Positions 31,806-40,029 of a DNA stretch of 40,494 nt are shown piece after piece. The notes under the pieces were generated by a model. That model was not told where the DNA came from. It did not search any database and saw nothing but the letters and a program-made list of their open reading frames with translations. Each line of letters opens with the position of its first letter. Position 1 is the first letter of the stretch. Origin of the DNA: a virus. The stretch lies in the IMG/VR virus record IMGVR_UViG_3300045988_104813. One strand, given 5' to 3'. A program made the position numbers and the translations under genes.

Positions 31806-34598
31806 ATGAAATTAAATTTTAATTTTAGCGGAAAAACGCTGTTAAAGGATTGGTGGCCGATAGTGAAAGAAAATTTCAAGACCATTGAAACAGACCACAA
31901 CACACTGTCCGACAAATTGGACACAGAAATCACGCAACGCACCAACGCTGATGTAGGGTTGGCAGACAAAATCACCGCCGAAACCAAAGCGAGGGAAAGT
32001 GCGGATAGTTCGTTAAGCAGTCGCATAAACAACGAAGTGACAATACGACAGGCGGCGGATAATGAACTGCAACGAAATATCAGCGGCGAAGCAACCGACA
32101 GGGAAAATGCGGACAATACGTTACAAGGGAATATTGACGCAGAGGCGAAAAACAGGCGGGTCGGTGACAGTGAATTGCGAGAACAAATTTTAACCGAACA
32201 GACAAACAGAACAAACGCCGACGATATACTGAACGGCGGAAAAGCCGATAAAACCGATTTATATGGCAAGGAAACAGATGTTGTCCATAAAATAACGCAC
32301 AGTTTGAAAAAGTCTGATTTTATTATAAACATAAATCAAGGAAACGGAAACGGCACAATAACGATAAACAGTTTGGCGGTGCAGACTAAAATCTTTTTGG
32401 ACGGGAATGCAGCGATACAAACAGAGCCGATTTCAGCTTCTTTTTCTGCGGAAAAGGGCGAAGAAGGCGAAAAGTGGGTTAATTTGCTCTATGACCAATA
32501 TACAGGTAAACTCGGACTGGAAGTTACAGAGCAACCAGAGGCGGGAAATGTTGCAAAGATAGCAGTAACATATATGAAAGCCGAAGTTGCCGAAATGTAT
32601 GCGGGTCAACTGAAATTTGACGGTATCAAAGATTTGAGAGCATTAAAAACAGACAATAAAAATTCGTTTTTGGAGGCGGTCAATGAAATTGCAACAAAAC
32701 TGACAACTGAAATTTCGGACAGAGAGGACGCAGAACATTCACTGACTGAAAAAATCAGTACTGAAATTTCGGACCGACAGGCGGCGGACAACGAGTTGAA
32801 AGCGAAAATATCAGAGATAAATACTGAACTGACAACGGATAACCTGTTTTATGATTTATCTAAATACGTCAACAGTGACAACAAATTAGTCACTGACGAC
32901 AGCGGTGTACAGTATTTGTCATATTCGGGTTCGTTTGAAAACGGAACGTATTTGTATCACAATTTTGTTGTTGATAATTTCCGCCGTAAACCGAAAACGG
33001 AAACCGCATTAGAATTGACATTCAATGTGGCGTCACGTCATATAGCTGTGGACGATTGTGACAGTGGCGGTTTGAATAAAGGTGAAACAGACGTATTGAT
33101 TACATACACTGATACAACAACAGAAACATTCGGACAGTCATATTACACAGCAACCGATACCGGTGATAAAACAATCACGATAAACGGCACATCAGAAACG
33201 TATAAAACAACAAAATTTAAAATTGAAATCCCTGTAAAAAAAGAAATTAAATCAATTTCATTCCGAATTGTATCGGATAACTATTATACAAACGGTGACC
33301 CGACGGGAAATGCGTGTAAACAGAAAACATTAATACAGTCGGCTGTTTGTTATGATGATGAATGTGTGGCGGTATTGCGTGATGATATTAACACGAATAC
33401 ATCAAAAATTACTGCCAATACAACAAAAATCACCGAAATTGATAAAACAGTTACAGACATTTCAAAAAATCAAATATTTGTCGTGTGTGACGGCGACCAC
33501 GACGAATTAAAATTACAGGCGGCGATAGATAGCGCGCCGTATAAAAGTATTATATATCCTGTAGGTGAATTGTGCATTATTACAAATGCAAATATGAAGT
33601 CGGGTTACGGAATGACGGGAACTAATAACGGTGTGGCAATTCCGTTGAAAGGCGGAATGACGTTAGACGGTTCAATGTGCAATACAATTATGTTCAAAAA
33701 CACAAATCCTGTCGCAAAACAATATGTTTTTCATCTGCCGGAAGGCGCTAAAATACAAAATGTAAAATTTACAGAGGACACGGACACAGTAACGGCGGAC
33801 ACAGTAAATCCGACAGTATTATCAGCGCAAAGTAGTTCACAGATAATATCCTGTACATTCTACGATATATTCAGTACACATCAATTCGGTGTATCAACGT
33901 TTGAAATGAGCAACGTTCTGTTTTTGAACAACGTCATAGATACGTTCGCAGGTGCACCGGCAAATAATTTGACATACGAAATAAAAATCGCAGGCAATTC
34001 GTTTGTTATGGGTAACAAATTTTTGAATTTCACGCAAAAAGAACAATCGTTAGGATATATGCTACAGGCGTCAACCGTTATATTTGTAAACAATTATATG
34101 TCCGGTTTTACAAATTGCAGTATTGATATAGGCAAAAAAATAGTAGGCAATATATTTAAAACGTTTACTGATTGCAGTATCGATATAAATGGCGAAATTT
34201 CGGACAATGAATTTGCAGCAATTACACAGAACACAAAAACACCGTTTATATACACCAAGGGGATTACATTAATCAGCGGAAACAGAATGCCTGTTATAAA
34301 AATTAATTCCGAATATATCGATTTTATCGAATGCGGAAATTATGCCGTTATATGCGGAAATTATATGCACATTTCCGCAGGCCCTACGTCGGGACAGTGT
34401 AATCTAATATCAGCCAGCAGTCAGACGCTGATAGCAGATAATATATTTAGGACAACGGCGTCTGTAACGGCAAATGCAGATTTTTCAATTATATACAGCG
34501 ACGGTAAAACAGTAGTCAAAAATAACGTGACAAACGCAACATCAATCGGAACGTTCAGCGATACGTGCGTTGTCGATGGAAATGTGACAGGGTGGTGA
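31806..34598 (+). CDS. Receptor-binding protein / tail fibre: N-terminal coiled-coil heptad-like repeats, C-terminal right-handed beta-helix (pectate-lyase-like, possible depolymerase)
   Basis: Start moved to ATG 31806 (GAAAGGA RBS); repeated D/E-x-x-R-x-x-AD-x-L segments; C-terminal NNV/GN-rich repeats typical of parallel beta-helix. Confidence 0.65.
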   Translation: MKLNFNFSGKTLLKDWWPIVKENFKTIETDHNTLSDKLDTEITQRTNADVGLADKITAETKARESADSSLSSRINNEVTIRQAADNELQRNISGEATDRENADNTLQGNIDAEAKNRRVGDSELREQILTEQTNRTNADDILNGGKADKTDLYGKETDVVHKITHSLKKSDFIININQGNGNGTITINSLAVQTKIFLDGNAAIQTEPISASFSAEKGEEGEKWVNLLYDQYTGKLGLEVTEQPEAGNVAKIAVTYMKAEVAEMYAGQLKFDGIKDLRALKTDNKNSFLEAVNEIATKLTTEISDREDAEHSLTEKISTEISDRQAADNELKAKISEINTELTTDNLFYDLSKYVNSDNKLVTDDSGVQYLSYSGSFENGTYLYHNFVVDNFRRKPKTETALELTFNVASRHIAVDDCDSGGLNKGETDVLITYTDTTTETFGQSYYTATDTGDKTITINGTSETYKTTKFKIEIPVKKEIKSISFRIVSDNYYTNGDPTGNACKQKTLIQSAVCYDDECVAVLRDDINTNTSKITANTTKITEIDKTVTDISKNQIFVVCDGDHDELKLQAAIDSAPYKSIIYPVGELCIITNANMKSGYGMTGTNNGVAIPLKGGMTLDGSMCNTIMFKNTNPVAKQYVFHLPEGAKIQNVKFTEDTDTVTADTVNPTVLSAQSSSQIISCTFYDIFSTHQFGVSTFEMSNVLFLNNVIDTFAGAPANNLTYEIKIAGNSFVMGNKFLNFTQKEQSLGYMLQASTVIFVNNYMSGFTNCSIDIGKKIVGNIFKTFTDCSIDINGEISDNEFAAITQNTKTPFIYTKGITLISGNRMPVIKINSEYIDFIECGNYAVICGNYMHISAGPTSGQCNLISASSQTLIADNIFRTTASVTANADFSIIYSDGKTVVKNNVTNATSIGTFSDTCVVDGNVTGW

Positions 34599-34602
34599 TA
34601 TT

Positions 34603-34980
34603 ATGTACAAATTTTATATGAAAAACGGGCAGGCACAATTCTATGAACGCGGTGTTGAAATTGACGGCACGGTGTACGGAATACATACCGACAGGGATAT
34701 ATTGCGTATAAAACGCAGTGTTGTAAATAACAAATTCGCCGAAACTGACGACAATTTCGATATGGACACAGAAATCGCAAAAATTCAGCATACGAGCATC
34801 ACATTTAAACAGCCGACATCAGAACAACTGTCGCAGATACAGGCGAAAGCATTTGGCAGTATGTCGGATATGAAACAATATGTTCAGTCCATTATGAACG
34901 GTGAGCTGACACAGGATGAAATCAACGCAATGCTGATGTTACAGATTGCGGAACTGAAAGCAGGTGTTGGTGGTGAATAA
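34603..34980 (+). CDS. Hypothetical protein after the RBP (125 aa)
   Basis: Track ORF. Confidence 0.5.
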   Translation: MYKFYMKNGQAQFYERGVEIDGTVYGIHTDRDILRIKRSVVNNKFAETDDNFDMDTEIAKIQHTSITFKQPTSEQLSQIQAKAFGSMSDMKQYVQSIMNGELTQDEINAMLMLQIAELKAGVGGE

Positions 34981-35095
34981 AGCGTTAATCAAGAAGTACT
35001 ATCAAATGGGTATTTACAAAGAGAAACACCTTGACATATTCGTCAAAGCGGGAGATATAACGAAAGCAGAAAAACGAGAGATTATGGAGGGTTAA
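34973..35095 (+). CDS. XkdX-like small protein (40 aa; …KKYYQMGIYKEKHLDIFVKAGDITKAEKREIMEG), GTG start
   Basis: Matches the XkdX pattern (YY..G.Y…FV.AG.IT..E); AGGTG RBS; below the track cut-off. Confidence 0.45.
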   Translation: MNKALIKKYYQMGIYKEKHLDIFVKAGDITKAEKREIMEG

Positions 35096-35096
35096 C

Positions 35097-35375
35097 ATGG
35101 AAAATGAAAAAGAAGTGTGGGAGCGTCTGACTGCCGTAGAGCAGTCCACCAAGTCGGCACACCACAGAATTGACGGTATCGAAAAACTGACCGAAAGCGT
35201 TCATATAATTGCTACTGAAACTAAAGCAATGAGAGAGGACGTAAACGATATTACATCACGGGTAGACGAAATAGAAAAACGTCCTACAAAGCGATACGAA
35301 ACAGTAGTTACCGCCATTATTACGGCATTAGTCGGCGGTTTGATAGGTTATTTTATTAAAATGTTGGGTTTTTAG
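35097..35375 (+). CDS. xhlA: XhlA-like haemolysin/lysis-associated membrane protein
   Basis: About 90 aa, N-terminal coiled coil, C-terminal TM (VVTAIITALVGGLIGYFI); position before the holin. Confidence 0.55.
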   Translation: MENEKEVWERLTAVEQSTKSAHHRIDGIEKLTESVHIIATETKAMREDVNDITSRVDEIEKRPTKRYETVVTAIITALVGGLIGYFIKMLGF

Positions 35376-35396
35376 TATTTTAGGAGGTATGTAAAA

Positions 35397-35600
35397 ATGA
35401 AAGAATGGTTTAAATGTGCAGGAATAAGAGCAATCAAGACGATTGCACAGACAGCGATTGCGACAATCGGTACGGCCGCCGTACTGGGTGACGTCAACTG
35501 GGTAATGGTTGCATCAGCGGCGGCATTGGCAGGCGTACTGTCGTTGCTGACATCAGTTGCGACGGGATTGCCGGAAGTGAATAATGAAAAGGGGGAATAA
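35397..35600 (+). CDS. Holin (LL-H / phage_holin_6-like)
   Basis: WFKCAGIRAIKTIAQTAIATIG…LSLLTSVATGLPEV matches the LL-H holin family pattern. Confidence 0.75.
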   Translation: MKEWFKCAGIRAIKTIAQTAIATIGTAAVLGDVNWVMVASAAALAGVLSLLTSVATGLPEVNNEKGE

Positions 35601-35603
35601 AAT

Positions 35604-35858
35604 ATGACGTTACAAGATACCGTTGCACTGATGAATAGTGCAGATTATAAGGAACGTTTCAAGGCGGAATATTATCAATTAGCCAATAGGTTCAAAGGAT
35701 TAAAGAAAATGTTGGAGGAATGGGACAGGGGAAAATTAAAATTTTTCCCAACGTGTCCACGCAGTACATACGACATACAACTAAACGCAATGGCTGACTA
35801 TTTGGCGATTTTAGAGGCGCGAGCAGTAATGGAAGATATTGAATTGAAAGAGGTGTAA
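35604..35858 (+). CDS. Hypothetical protein between holin and endolysin (84 aa)
   Basis: Track ORF. Confidence 0.45.
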   Translation: MTLQDTVALMNSADYKERFKAEYYQLANRFKGLKKMLEEWDRGKLKFFPTCPRSTYDIQLNAMADYLAILEARAVMEDIELKEV

Positions 35859-35864
35859 TGAAAT

Positions 35865-36677
35865 ATGCGAATAGGAATAAACTGCGGACACACCGTCAGT
35901 GGTGAAATCGGTTGTGGAGCAGTAGGCGGAATTGATGAAAGTGTGGAAGCACGTAACGTCGGTTATGCGCTTGAGGCACTGTTGCGTAGCGCCGGTCATA
36001 CCGTGTATGACTGCACCAACGACCACGCCGACAGTGTCGGCGCAAATTTAAGCAATATCGTAAATATGGCAAATGCACAGCCGTTGGATTTGTTCGTGTC
36101 AATCCATTTTAACAGTGGCGGAGGCAGAGGCACGGAGGTATGGACGTATCAAGAGGAAACGTTCCCCGAAGCCGAAAATACCTGCAAAGCTATTAGTGCA
36201 TTAGGCTATAACAACAGGGGAATAAAAAACGGTACGAAGTTGTACGTCGTTCGCCATAGCAACGCCAAAGCTATGTTGGTTGAGTGTTGTTTCGTTGACA
36301 CTGACGACGCAGACAAATACAAAAAAATAGGCGCAACAGAGTTCGCAAAAGCAATATTTAAGGGTATAACAGGGCAGGAAACAGAAAGTGAGGATTTAAC
36401 AATGTCACAATATACAGAATTAAAAGAATTAATCGAAAAACAGGCGGCGGAAATTGCCGATTTAAAAAACATCAACAAACAGTTGGTAAACGTAGTCCAA
36501 ACTACAATGGTATACGATTTCAATGATGACAATATGCCACCGTGGGCGCGTCCTGCGGTGCAGGCGGCTATGGATTGCGGAGCGGTACAGGGTGATGAAA
36601 ATGGCCGTTTAGGTTTGTCCTACAAGGATTTACGTGCCATTGTACGTGAATATCGTTGCGGATTGTATAATAAATAG
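35865..36677 (+). CDS. Endolysin: N-acetylmuramoyl-L-alanine amidase (Amidase_3) with C-terminal coiled coil and small binding domain
   Basis: MRIGINCGHT…LFVSIHFNSGGGRGTEVW…LVECCFVD amidase_3 signature. Confidence 0.9.
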   Translation: MRIGINCGHTVSGEIGCGAVGGIDESVEARNVGYALEALLRSAGHTVYDCTNDHADSVGANLSNIVNMANAQPLDLFVSIHFNSGGGRGTEVWTYQEETFPEAENTCKAISALGYNNRGIKNGTKLYVVRHSNAKAMLVECCFVDTDDADKYKKIGATEFAKAIFKGITGQETESEDLTMSQYTELKELIEKQAAEIADLKNINKQLVNVVQTTMVYDFNDDNMPPWARPAVQAAMDCGAVQGDENGRLGLSYKDLRAIVREYRCGLYNK

Positions 36678-36690
36678 GATAAATAAAAAA

Positions 36691-36720
36691 ATAGGTGGCT
36701 ACGTGCCACCTATTTTTTAT
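36691..36720. terminator. Bidirectional terminator ATAGGTGGC-acgt-GCCACCTAT flanked by A-tract and T-tract between endolysin (+) and integrase (-)
   Basis: Read directly. Confidence 0.75.
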
Positions 36721-37748
36721 TTGTTTTCGTTTATGCGGTTTATTGCGTCAATACCTGCATAGTACAAATTAGTTGCATATGTATGACGGAATATATGTGG
36801 TGTAACGTCTTTTGCGATTAATCGTATAGCCGTGTCCGAACGTGAAAACTCGTCACCGCCTGCGGCAACATTCATCTTATCTAATATATTATACCAAAAA
36901 CGACGAAACGATGATTTTGTCATAGGTTCACCGCTTTTCATTGTAAATAAATATATATTTTTTGCGTGTGCAATATATTCTTGCAATTCTGACAATAGTT
37001 TTGCCGGAAGAGGAATGGAGCGGTTGCCTGCGTTTGTTTTAGGCGAATTTTTTAGGTGACTTTCACCGTCCTTTATCACCAAATTTTTGTTTATGATTAA
37101 TCTGCGATTTTTAAAATCAATATCTTTGACGGTCAAAGCCAGTGCTTCACCGCGTCTTACACCAGTGTAATATAGTAGATCTACAAATACACGTTCACGC
37201 TGTGTCAGTTTTGCTTTTTCAAAAATTGCTTTCTCTTCGTTCGATAATGACCGCTTTTCTTTCTTTTGTGATTGCGGTAATGAAACTTTCAACGAAACGT
37301 CCTTGTAGATGTATTCGTTTATTATCGCTTGTTGGATAATCTGTTTTATCGTCAGTCTAACGATTTCAGCAGTTCGGTAATGACCGACACTGATAATGTC
37401 ATTTAACATTTCTTGAATATGATGTGACTTCAACGCACTTAAACGAATACCGCCTATTTCGGGTATAATGTGCGAATTTAGGGCGTTTAAATACATTGCA
37501 TAGGTGTTATACTCTTTCGCTGATTTGTACAGCTTTAGCCACTTTATTCCCCATTGCTCTACGGTCATACCCTCATCATTGATAATGATGCCTTTATTTT
37601 GCAGGCTCTTGAACTCGGCGACCTTTTTGTCCAGTTCCATAATTGTACGACCGTACAGTGTTTTACGTTTCGGTTTGCCGTCGTCTGTATATCCAACAAT
37701 CGTACTTGTTGCATAACGTCCGTCGGGACGTTTTTTATATTTAGCCAT
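36717..37748 (-). CDS. int: Tyrosine recombinase / phage integrase
   Basis: C-terminal HIFRHTYATNLYYAG (R…H..R…Y catalytic pattern); start moved to MAKYKK (AGGAG RBS). Confidence 0.9.
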   Translation of the reverse strand: MAKYKKRPDGRYATSTIVGYTDDGKPKRKTLYGRTIMELDKKVAEFKSLQNKGIIINDEGMTVEQWGIKWLKLYKSAKEYNTYAMYLNALNSHIIPEIGGIRLSALKSHHIQEMLNDIISVGHYRTAEIVRLTIKQIIQQAIINEYIYKDVSLKVSLPQSQKKEKRSLSNEEKAIFEKAKLTQRERVFVDLLYYTGVRRGEALALTVKDIDFKNRRLIINKNLVIKDGESHLKNSPKTNAGNRSIPLPAKLLSELQEYIAHAKNIYLFTMKSGEPMTKSSFRRFWYNILDKMNVAAGGDEFSRSDTAIRLIAKDVTPHIFRHTYATNLYYAGIDAINRINENK

Positions 37749-37847
37749 AAATAACACTCCTTTTTCGTTTTTTTGTATTGAAAATAGAGTGCATTTGTGT
37801 TACAATATCATTGGTATGGGATATTGTGTATAAATGCACTTTATTCT

Positions 37848-37887
37848 TTTTCCTCTGTCTGCTCCAACAGGCAGAGGATTTTTTATT
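37848..37887 (+). other. Hairpin CCTCTGTCTG-ctccaa-CAGGCAGAGG plus T-tract in the AT-rich int/repressor intergenic region; attP-core or terminator candidate
   Basis: Read directly. Confidence 0.3.
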
Positions 37888-37973
37888 TGTAATTTATTAA
37901 AAATCGACTATTTTAATAAATTAATTACGATTTTGATACATTTTGTTACGTTTTTTGTATTTTTAATGCGATT

Positions 37974-38696
37974 TTAGAATGTTTCTTCGCAAATACCCAA
38001 AACTTTACCGCAACATTCGTTTCTGATATATTCATTAATGATTATATCGGAATATTTTTCATTATGTGAAATTAATCTGTCAACACCTAATTCCTTAACA
38101 TATGCGTTACCGTCCACAACAAATATCCCGATTTCACCGATTTCAATACTTGGCTGTTCTTTGACGAATAACTTATCGCCGTTGTGATATGTCGGCTCCA
38201 TACTGTCACCCGATACACGAACAATGAAATCTGTTCCCTTTGGCGGTTGTTCTGTTAGGTCAACCTTTTCAGGATATTCTTCGTCCAACGGGTTGCCTGT
38301 TCCTGCCGATACGGGCATATCGTAATAAGGTACTTGGTATTTTTTTATTGGTATGATGTTATCGTAATTTGGTTCGTTTGGAATATTACGTTCTAACTCT
38401 TTTCTTATAACCACTTGAACAACTTCTTTACTGTGGTCATCAAGTTTTCTGTAATCGGATACTAATTTTTTTTCTACCGCTGAATAATTTTTTAAGTTAG
38501 AATTGTCATCAAAATCTTCGAGAGTACATTCTAAGGCTCTTGCGATAGCTTTTATAGTATCTATTTGAGGGTCTTTAGTCACTCCCGATAATATTTTTTT
38601 TAAGGTACTTATCGGAACACCAGATTTTTGCGATAACGTTTCTATTTTCATTTTTTTTGATTTGCGAATTTCTGATATTTTTGTTCCTATACTCAT
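37974..38696 (-). CDS. CI-like repressor: N-terminal XRE HTH plus C-terminal S24 LexA-like autopeptidase
   Basis: HTH KIETLSQKSGVPISTLKKIL; SGDSMEP…K peptidase motif; divergent from the cro-like gene; start moved to ATG 38696. Confidence 0.85.
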   Translation of the reverse strand: MSIGTKISEIRKSKKMKIETLSQKSGVPISTLKKILSGVTKDPQIDTIKAIARALECTLEDFDDNSNLKNYSAVEKKLVSDYRKLDDHSKEVVQVVIRKELERNIPNEPNYDNIIPIKKYQVPYYDMPVSAGTGNPLDEEYPEKVDLTEQPPKGTDFIVRVSGDSMEPTYHNGDKLFVKEQPSIEIGEIGIFVVDGNAYVKELGVDRLISHNEKYSDIIINEYIRNECCGKVLGICEETF

Positions 38697-38722
38697 AACA
38701 TTCAAACCTCCTTTTCAAAATC

Positions 38723-38751
38723 ATTGTAACACATAAATAACTCATAGTCAA
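38723..38751 (-). promoter_or_regulatory. Putative repressor promoter on minus strand (TTGACT, 17 nt, TACAAT)
   Basis: Read on the reverse complement. Confidence 0.4.
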
Positions 38752-38758
38752 GAAAAAA

Positions 38759-38849
38759 AGTTCCAAAAGGTATACTTTTTTTCTTGCAAAAGGGTTGACA
38801 AGTTCCGAATAGTATGCTAAGATATATATAGAAGTTCCAAATAAGGTAC
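38759..38849. promoter_or_regulatory. Three 17-bp operator repeats AGTTCC-N5/7-GTA(T)AC (O1 38759-38775, O2 38801-38817, O3 38833-38849)
   Basis: Read directly; O2 is exactly the spacer between -35 and -10 of the cro promoter. Confidence 0.5.
38795..38823 (+). promoter_or_regulatory. Cro promoter TTGACA, 17 nt, TAAGAT
   Basis: Read directly. Confidence 0.55.
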
Positions 38850-38866
38850 GAAAGTGAGGTGGTAAT

Positions 38867-39088
38867 ATGAAAGTTAAATATAGTGTTATGGCGTCAGAGA
38901 TAATGAAGCGTGGAATTAGAAAAACTGCTATAGCAAAAGCCATAAGTTCTTCAACAAAAACGTTGAACAATAAACTTTGTGGGAAAAGCGAGTTTACTTG
39001 GAACGAAGTATGTACTATTCAAGCAGGCTTTCTACCTGACATATCAAAAGACGATTTAATGGCAACAGATGAACAAAAATCAGCGTAA
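38867..39088 (+). CDS. Cro-like HTH regulator
   Basis: HTH GIRKTAIAKAISSSTKTLNNKL; divergent from the repressor. Confidence 0.6.
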   Translation: MKVKYSVMASEIMKRGIRKTAIAKAISSSTKTLNNKLCGKSEFTWNEVCTIQAGFLPDISKDDLMATDEQKSA

Positions 39089-39108
39089 ATGAAAGGGGGT
39101 ACATAATA

Positions 39109-39306
39109 ATGAACGAAGAAAAAGTTACTATAAACATAGGTACAGACACAACGGAGCTTAATCAAAAACTTGATGAAAGCATAAAAAAAGCAACGGAGTT
39201 AATGGAATTGCTACAACAATTAGGAATAACTCCGTTACTAAAAATTAATACACCATATAATAATGCAAATAGGGTAAGAGGAGCGAAAATTACTCGCCGC
39301 AATTAG
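39109..39306 (+). CDS. Hypothetical small protein (65 aa)
   Basis: Track ORF; preceded by the 19-bp repeat AATCAGCGTAAATGAAAGG. Confidence 0.45.
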   Translation: MNEEKVTINIGTDTTELNQKLDESIKKATELMELLQQLGITPLLKINTPYNNANRVRGAKITRRN

Positions 39307-39469
39307 AAAGTTTTTCACTAATATCTTGTAACCATTTTGTATTACCGTTTATGCGAGAAATGGCGCATTCAGCTAATTCATCATCGTACCAAGCACATCG
39401 TGAAGAACAGGGTGCTTTATCGGTAGCAGTTGACATTAGTGGACAGATTTCGTAATTTGTAAAACTCAT
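39290..39469 (-). CDS. Small Cys-rich protein (59 aa, 4-5 Cys), minus strand, convergent with the 39109 gene
   Basis: Start moved to MSFTNYEIC (GAGGTGA RBS 5 nt upstream); RBS lies inside a hairpin. Confidence 0.45.
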   Translation of the reverse strand: MSFTNYEICPLMSTATDKAPCSSRCAWYDDELAECAISRINGNTKWLQDISEKLSNCGE

Positions 39470-39500
39470 TATAATCACCTCGCTTTCTACGGTGATTATA
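39470..39500. promoter_or_regulatory. Hairpin TATAATCACC-tcgctttctac-GGTGATTATA; on the minus-strand RNA one arm carries the SD of ORF 39290-39469, and each arm carries TATAAT
   Basis: 10-bp perfect arms read directly. Confidence 0.5.
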
Positions 39501-39550
39501 ACACAAATAACGGGGAAATACAATCAGCGTAAATGAAAGGAAGTGAGGGA

Positions 39551-39781
39551 ATGAACATAATAGAAGCAACACGCAAGGCATTAAAAGAGGGCGTAGGAAT
39601 AAAGAATAAGAATGATATTACGCAGAATTATTTATTACCTACAAATACAAGAGAATGTTATATTGTTGTTCCGATTGGGTTTGCTGTAGGTAATAACACC
39701 AAAGCCGTACCACGTTGGAATCCTAAAGCAGAAGATATACTTTCAAATGATTGGGAGTTATATCCGCATAAAACGGTATAA
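39551..39781 (+). CDS. Hypothetical small protein (76 aa from second ATG; track start 39533)
   Basis: Preceded by the second copy of the 19-bp repeat; RBS AAGGAAGTGAGGGA. Confidence 0.45.
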   Translation: MNIIEATRKALKEGVGIKNKNDITQNYLLPTNTRECYIVVPIGFAVGNNTKAVPRWNPKAEDILSNDWELYPHKTV

Positions 39782-39794
39782 CCCCCACAAAGTA

Positions 39795-39998
39795 TTACTG
39801 TTTTAAACAGAACTCGTATGCTACATCATCTGCGTCTTGGACTGAATAAATAAAACCGTCTTGAATTAGATTTCGGAGCATAACATCTAACTCATCTTTA
39901 GGAATTTTAAGGTCGTCCATTACATCATAAAAACATATAGAAATGTATTTGTCGTGAGTTTTGTAAAAATCAAGAATATAATTCTTCAATGCTTCCAT
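39795..39998 (-). CDS. Small acidic protein (67 aa), minus strand, possible winged-helix
   Basis: Track ORF; GGAGGTGA RBS inside a hairpin. Confidence 0.5.
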   Translation of the reverse strand: MEALKNYILDFYKTHDKYISICFYDVMDDLKIPKDELDVMLRNLIQDGFIYSVQDADDVAYEFCLKQ

Positions 39999-39999
39999 A

Positions 40000-40029
40000 T
40001 ATAATCACCTCCATTCTACGGTGATTATA
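40000..40029. promoter_or_regulatory. Second copy of the RBS-sequestering hairpin TATAATCACC-tccattctac-GGTGATTATA upstream (minus strand) of ORF 39795-39998
   Basis: 30 of about 33 nt identical to the copy at 39470-39500. Confidence 0.5.

Noticed and set aside
32680-32810. Short tandem nucleotide repeats that might suggest a CRISPR-like or VNTR array
   Set aside because: Only two copies, in frame inside the RBP gene (TEISDREDAEH / TEISDRQAADN); a coding coiled-coil repeat, not spacer-repeat architecture. No CRISPR array found anywhere in the window.
36678-36716. A tRNA gene as integration target carried in attP
   Set aside because: No cloverleaf-compatible sequence or TTCGAATCC/CCA-like 3' end seen near int; nothing tRNA-like noticed elsewhere in the window.
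39533-39550. Track start codon at 39533 for ORF 39533-39781
   Set aside because: That ATG is part of the duplicated 19-bp repeat (the same ATGAAAGG in copy 1 opens only a 5-codon ORF). The downstream ATG at 39551 has a proper RBS; kept as the likelier start.
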